In this document: positions 61,601 through 64,000 of the stretch, one piece after another
Position numbering within the stretch: position 1 is the stretch's first letter
How the letters are laid out: each line of letters begins with the position of its first letter
Origin: Beijerinckiaceae bacterium
Lineage (GTDB): Bacteria > Pseudomonadota > Alphaproteobacteria > Rhizobiales > Beijerinckiaceae
Direction: 5' to 3'
DNA length: 64,000 nucleotides
Assembly (NCBI GenBank): GCA_035949255.1
Contig: DASZIL010000151.1
Coordinates: 9,218 to 73,217 of the forward strand
The notes under the pieces: generated by a model
What the model saw: the letters and a program-made list of their open reading frames with translations, nothing else
What the model was told of the DNA's origin: nothing
The model's database searches: none
Program-made: the position numbers and the translations under genes

Positions 61601-62938
61601 TTCCACGGCGGCCTGCCTTTGTCGACCGCTGGCGCAGTCGATCTTGCCGCGACCGGCCACATCGACGCGGCGATCACCGATCCGCTGCTCGGGCCCGCGG
61701 GGCGTCGGCTCACGGGAGTTGGGGTCATCGACCTTCATGTCAGGGGAGCGGTGACCAAGCCGGAGCTCTCCGGGAAGTTGAGCTTATCGCGCGGCAGCTT
61801 CTCGGACTTCCTCCAAGGCGTTCAGCTCAACGATCTTCAGATCACGCTCTCCGGCAACAAGGATCGACTGGCGATTGAAGAAGCGCGCGCCGCGACTCGC
61901 AATGGGGGCACGCTCCGCGCCACGGGCGATGTCAGGATCGATCCGGCAGCAGGCTTTCCGGGCACGATTCGCATCAGCGGGCAACGGGCCGAACTGCTCT
62001 CCAACCCCTTTGTCACCGCCATCGCCGATCTCGATCTTGCGTTGGCCGGCGCGCTCGCGCGCGATCCTCGCATCGGCGGCCGCATCGACCTCGATACCGT
62101 GACCGTGAGCGTAGCTGAACGCCTTCCCAGCACCATCCGTCCCTTGCCCGATACGCGTCATCTCAATCCTCCGAAGGAGGTCGCGGCACGTCTCGCCGCC
62201 GAGCGCAAAGCGCAGCGCAGCGCAGCCGCGAGGCGGGCTGCGCCTTTCAATGCCTCCCTGGACATCGCCCTCGCCTCGGCCGGCGGCATCCTCGTGCGCG
62301 GGCGCGGGCTTGACGCCGAGCTCGGCGGAAGCATCAAGATCACCGGCACACTCGCCGCTCCTAATGTGGTCGGCGCCTTCGATTTGCGTCACGGCGATCT
62401 CAACATCGTCGGCAACCGGCTCGACTTTACTCGCGGGCACGTGACCTTCAGCGGCGACCTCGTGCCCGAGCTCGATTTCCTCGCCGAGGCGCGCGCCGCC
62501 GATGTGACGGCAATGGTCGGCGTCACGGGCCCTGCATCCGCGCCGCAATTCACCTTCTCGTCCCAGCCGCCACTGCCACAGGACGAAACCCTCTCGCGCA
62601 TTCTGTTTGCCAGGGCCACGGGAACCTTGTCGCCCTTCCAGGCACTTCAGCTCGCCCAGGCCGCCGCGCAATTCTCCTCAGGTGCCGGCAATGGTCCATT
62701 GGGCTCGCTTGGAAGGTCGTTCGGGCTTGGGAGCGGCGATGGCGGCTCAGATGGGCTCCTCGGGCGCCTGCCCAATGCGCTCAGCAAGCGTGTGCGGATT
62801 GGGGTCCAGACCGGGGCGACCGCCGGCGAGACAGGCATCTCGGTCGATGTCGACCTCAGCAAGCATATCCGGCTGCGGGGCGAAGCGGATGCCAATGGCG
62901 AAACCTCAATCGGCATCGGCACCGAGTGGGAGCATTAG
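58643..62938 (+). CDS. tamB: Translocation and assembly module TamB (DUF490)
   Basis: N-terminal TM anchor, 1431 aa beta-taco-like Gly-rich body, RGRGLDAELGG, FSSQPPLPQDETLSRILF and terminal GIGTEWEH; overlaps the tamA stop. Confidence 0.9.
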   Translation: MRPSRTTVLLAFLAFLACLAGGALSLGPRADEGDQSYLASLISQALSTPSTQVRIGRLEGALSSDATLYDLSISDKDGVWLRLDRARLVWTRAALLSRRLEIDKLEIGKLEIQRHPTPSDEPVPQANAPLLPELPVKVQVKDFSLVELAIGEPLLGVAARFTASGTANLGNPAQGLELRFDARRLDAPGTLSTRLSFVPQTEALSLDLKLDEPQGGFLSKLARLPEEPPVKLELSGHGTLDAFGAALRFDAGPTIGAEGNARLAREGGVRHLLVDVASRIAGLLPPPVAPAFAGETKLQGDVTFADAGAINLAGFSIASSVARLDLSGSVDAARNLDLRFRAGALPAPTGTTRAGEVEIGKLALDGAVKGPLDGPSISASLDLEDMRTPQLRLAKLTADFTAIPRGDGAAPKPIALAAKAEANGVALTDPALAAAVGDRFSFTLHGTTSSDGIGDFDLIEASLRSAQVTYTGRLGAAEIRGNLLAEVPDLSRFSELAGTKLAGSATLKANLQGSPRQGDASAQLDMEADHLSLGQAIADRLFGGMARASGAIRALPRGAYGFNSLRLSGRHVALTLDGSARPSSVALSAKAELPRLAYVDERLTGRANAIANITGSFAHPDLHVEAALADATGLGRPIPRFGIVADIRNLRDALDARAKLDGIVDGKEASGKLHVARLADGAWQLDGLALGIGSASLTGDLGLDARHLASGHVIFAARNLDDLTPLLLTRLSGSAEADVRLDAQGGRQDITLAARATEVKAAAVVLGKLSGDAQVVDLYGIPIVNAAIGIDQAAIAGQSFSRIRLDAKGSTTATDFSAQASALGFELSTKGRFLPQRPMRIEVASFEAKRGARAIALTAPASITFEDDSVAIANLALAMQGGRISLEGTAGQKLDLRVAARSVPLAAADIFVPGLGLSGTLDANATIAGTPDAPTGPFHATVVHLSTAQMTGAGLSPVDAKLDGELSDKRAKIDGRVDIHRYGMIEFHGGLPLSTAGAVDLAATGHIDAAITDPLLGPAGRRLTGVGVIDLHVRGAVTKPELSGKLSLSRGSFSDFLQGVQLNDLQITLSGNKDRLAIEEARAATRNGGTLRATGDVRIDPAAGFPGTIRISGQRAELLSNPFVTAIADLDLALAGALARDPRIGGRIDLDTVTVSVAERLPSTIRPLPDTRHLNPPKEVAARLAAERKAQRSAAARRAAPFNASLDIALASAGGILVRGRGLDAELGGSIKITGTLAAPNVVGAFDLRHGDLNIVGNRLDFTRGHVTFSGDLVPELDFLAEARAADVTAMVGVTGPASAPQFTFSSQPPLPQDETLSRILFARATGTLSPFQALQLAQAAAQFSSGAGNGPLGSLGRSFGLGSGDGGSDGLLGRLPNALSKRVRIGVQTGATAGETGISVDVDLSKHIRLRGEADANGETSIGIGTEWEH

Positions 62939-63183
62939 ACGGTCAGCGCGCGTGGCCGTCGATATTCAACGCTGACCATCGGCAAGCCGGGCGAATGATC
63001 CGTCCAAATAACCCAGCCGCAAGATTCAATCGCGCAGCTTTCCCGTTTACGGCTCGGCAGCCACGGCGAACTGGTAGCCCTTGGCTACGACGCGAACCGG
63101 GCCATCCCAACTTAGGCTTGTTTTTGGCAGCCACGCGGCGATCGACATTCGAAACAGCGGCTGATGTTGCTTGACATGTTGGT

Positions 63184-63231
63184 GGCCTGCCACGCCGGAG
63201 GTCGCGGGTTCGCGCCTCGTCACTCGCGCCA
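63184..63231 (+). repeat. att direct repeat (degenerate tRNA-Asp 3' end)
   Basis: GGCCTGCCACGCCGGAGGTCGCGGGTTCGCGCCTCGTCACTCGCGCCA versus 50475-50522; mismatches at 63190, 63213 and 63217. Confidence 0.88.
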
Positions 63232-63328
63232 GCATTCTCAAGCACTTGTCGTAAGTCCTTGCCCTCGTCTTTTCAACGAACGGGCGCCCCACAACCGCCG
63301 AACCGAGCCGTCGCGCCGACCTGTCTCG

Positions 63329-64000
63329 TCACTTACGCCCGAGCAGCTCCTTGGCCGTGGTGACGATCCGCTCAGGCTCGAAGCCGAACTTTTTCTGCAG
63401 TTCCTTGAGCGGCGCGGAGGCCCCGAAGGTCTTCATGCCAATGACCTGACCGAAGGCGCCGACATAGCGCTCCCATCCCAACACCGATCCCTGCTCCACG
63501 GAGATGCGCGCCGTGACCTTGGGCGGCAGCACGCTCTCCCGATAGGATTGCGGCTGATGCTCGAAGATATCCCACGAGGGCATCGAGACCACGCGGGAGC
63601 GGATCCCCTCGGCGACCAGTGTTTCATGAGCCTCAACGATGAGGGAGACCTCGCTTCCCGAAGCGATGAGGATGATTTCAGGCGGTCCGCCCGGCGCCTC
63701 CGCCATGACATAGGCGCCACGAGCGACGCCGGCGGCCGAGGCATATTTGCTGCGATCGAATGTCGGCAAAGCCTGGCGCGACAGTGCGATCACGGCCGGC
63801 TGATGCCGCAGCTGCAGGATATGGCGATAGGCCTCGACGACCTCGTTGGCATCGCCCGGTCGCAGCACGACCAGGCCGGGAATGGCGCGCAGCGAGATCA
63901 GCTGCTCCACCGGCTGATGGGTCGGTCCGTCCTCGCCATCGCCCATGGCGTCATGGGTGAAGACGAAAATGGTCGGGAGCTCCATGAGCGCTGAGAGACG
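63329..64000 (-). CDS. tkt: Transketolase, C-terminal part (5' end beyond window)
   Basis: THDAMGDGEDGPTHQPVEQ, RPGDANE, LSRQ, ASGSEV and FGASAP. Confidence 0.93.
   Translation of the reverse strand, partial: RLSALMELPTIFVFTHDAMGDGEDGPTHQPVEQLISLRAIPGLVVLRPGDANEVVEAYRHILQLRHQPAVIALSRQALPTFDRSKYASAAGVARGAYVMAEAPGGPPEIILIASGSEVSLIVEAHETLVAEGIRSRVVSMPSWDIFEHQPQSYRESVLPPKVTARISVEQGSVLGWERYVGAFGQVIGMKTFGASAPLKELQKKFGFEPERIVTTAKELLGRK

Noticed and set aside
63184-63231. A second tRNA gene
   Set aside because: It lacks the 5' acceptor and D arms, and the anticodon and T-loop positions are mutated; it is an att remnant.
62943-63294. Short ORFs between tamB and tkt
   Set aside because: They overlap the att repeat and have no recognisable domain.

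Overview
High-GC alphaproteobacterial chromosome segment, most likely Hyphomicrobiales, judged from cpdR, an MmgR/suhB-type sRNA next to N-formylglutamate amidohydrolase and hisN, and RIME/Bru-RS-like repeats. Left to right it holds: (1) a co-directional minus-strand aromatic/pyridine catabolic run (pobA, TRAP dctPQM, NicR-like MarR, ferredoxin-NADP reductase, xanthine-dehydrogenase-family molybdoenzyme, and 6-hydroxynicotinate reductase, which runs off the left edge and is absent from the ORF track); (2) two L,D-transpeptidases, tartrate dehydrogenase with an ABC transporter lacking a binding protein, and ribokinase; (3) a Liv-type ABC operon split by an antisense Tat-exported metallophosphoesterase; (4) dsbD, GST, an M20 peptidase, a cupin, a peroxiredoxin and a CoA-transferase; (5) core genes cpdR, hutG-like amidohydrolase, mmgR, hisN, a lysophospholipase-like hydrolase, tyrA and hisC; (6) a cytochrome b/Mo-oxidoreductase pair followed by a four-gene, translationally coupled operon of DUF2064, GT-C (GT87-like), twitch radical SAM and GT2; (7) sdhCDAB, enamidase (on the + strand; the ORF track mislabels it) and an SDR; (8) tRNA-Asp with a ~12.7 kb decayed island bounded by a tRNA 3'-end direct repeat. 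The island carries a frameshifted integrase, a TupA-like ATP-grasp gene between ~113-bp direct repeats, two low-complexity putative exported proteins sharing a C-x17-C C-terminal motif, and tamAB. A transketolase runs off the right edge. The best candidates for undescribed systems are the radical SAM/glycosyltransferase operon and the island's C-x17-C protein pair with TamAB. All family assignments come from motif recognition by eye; no database searches were run.
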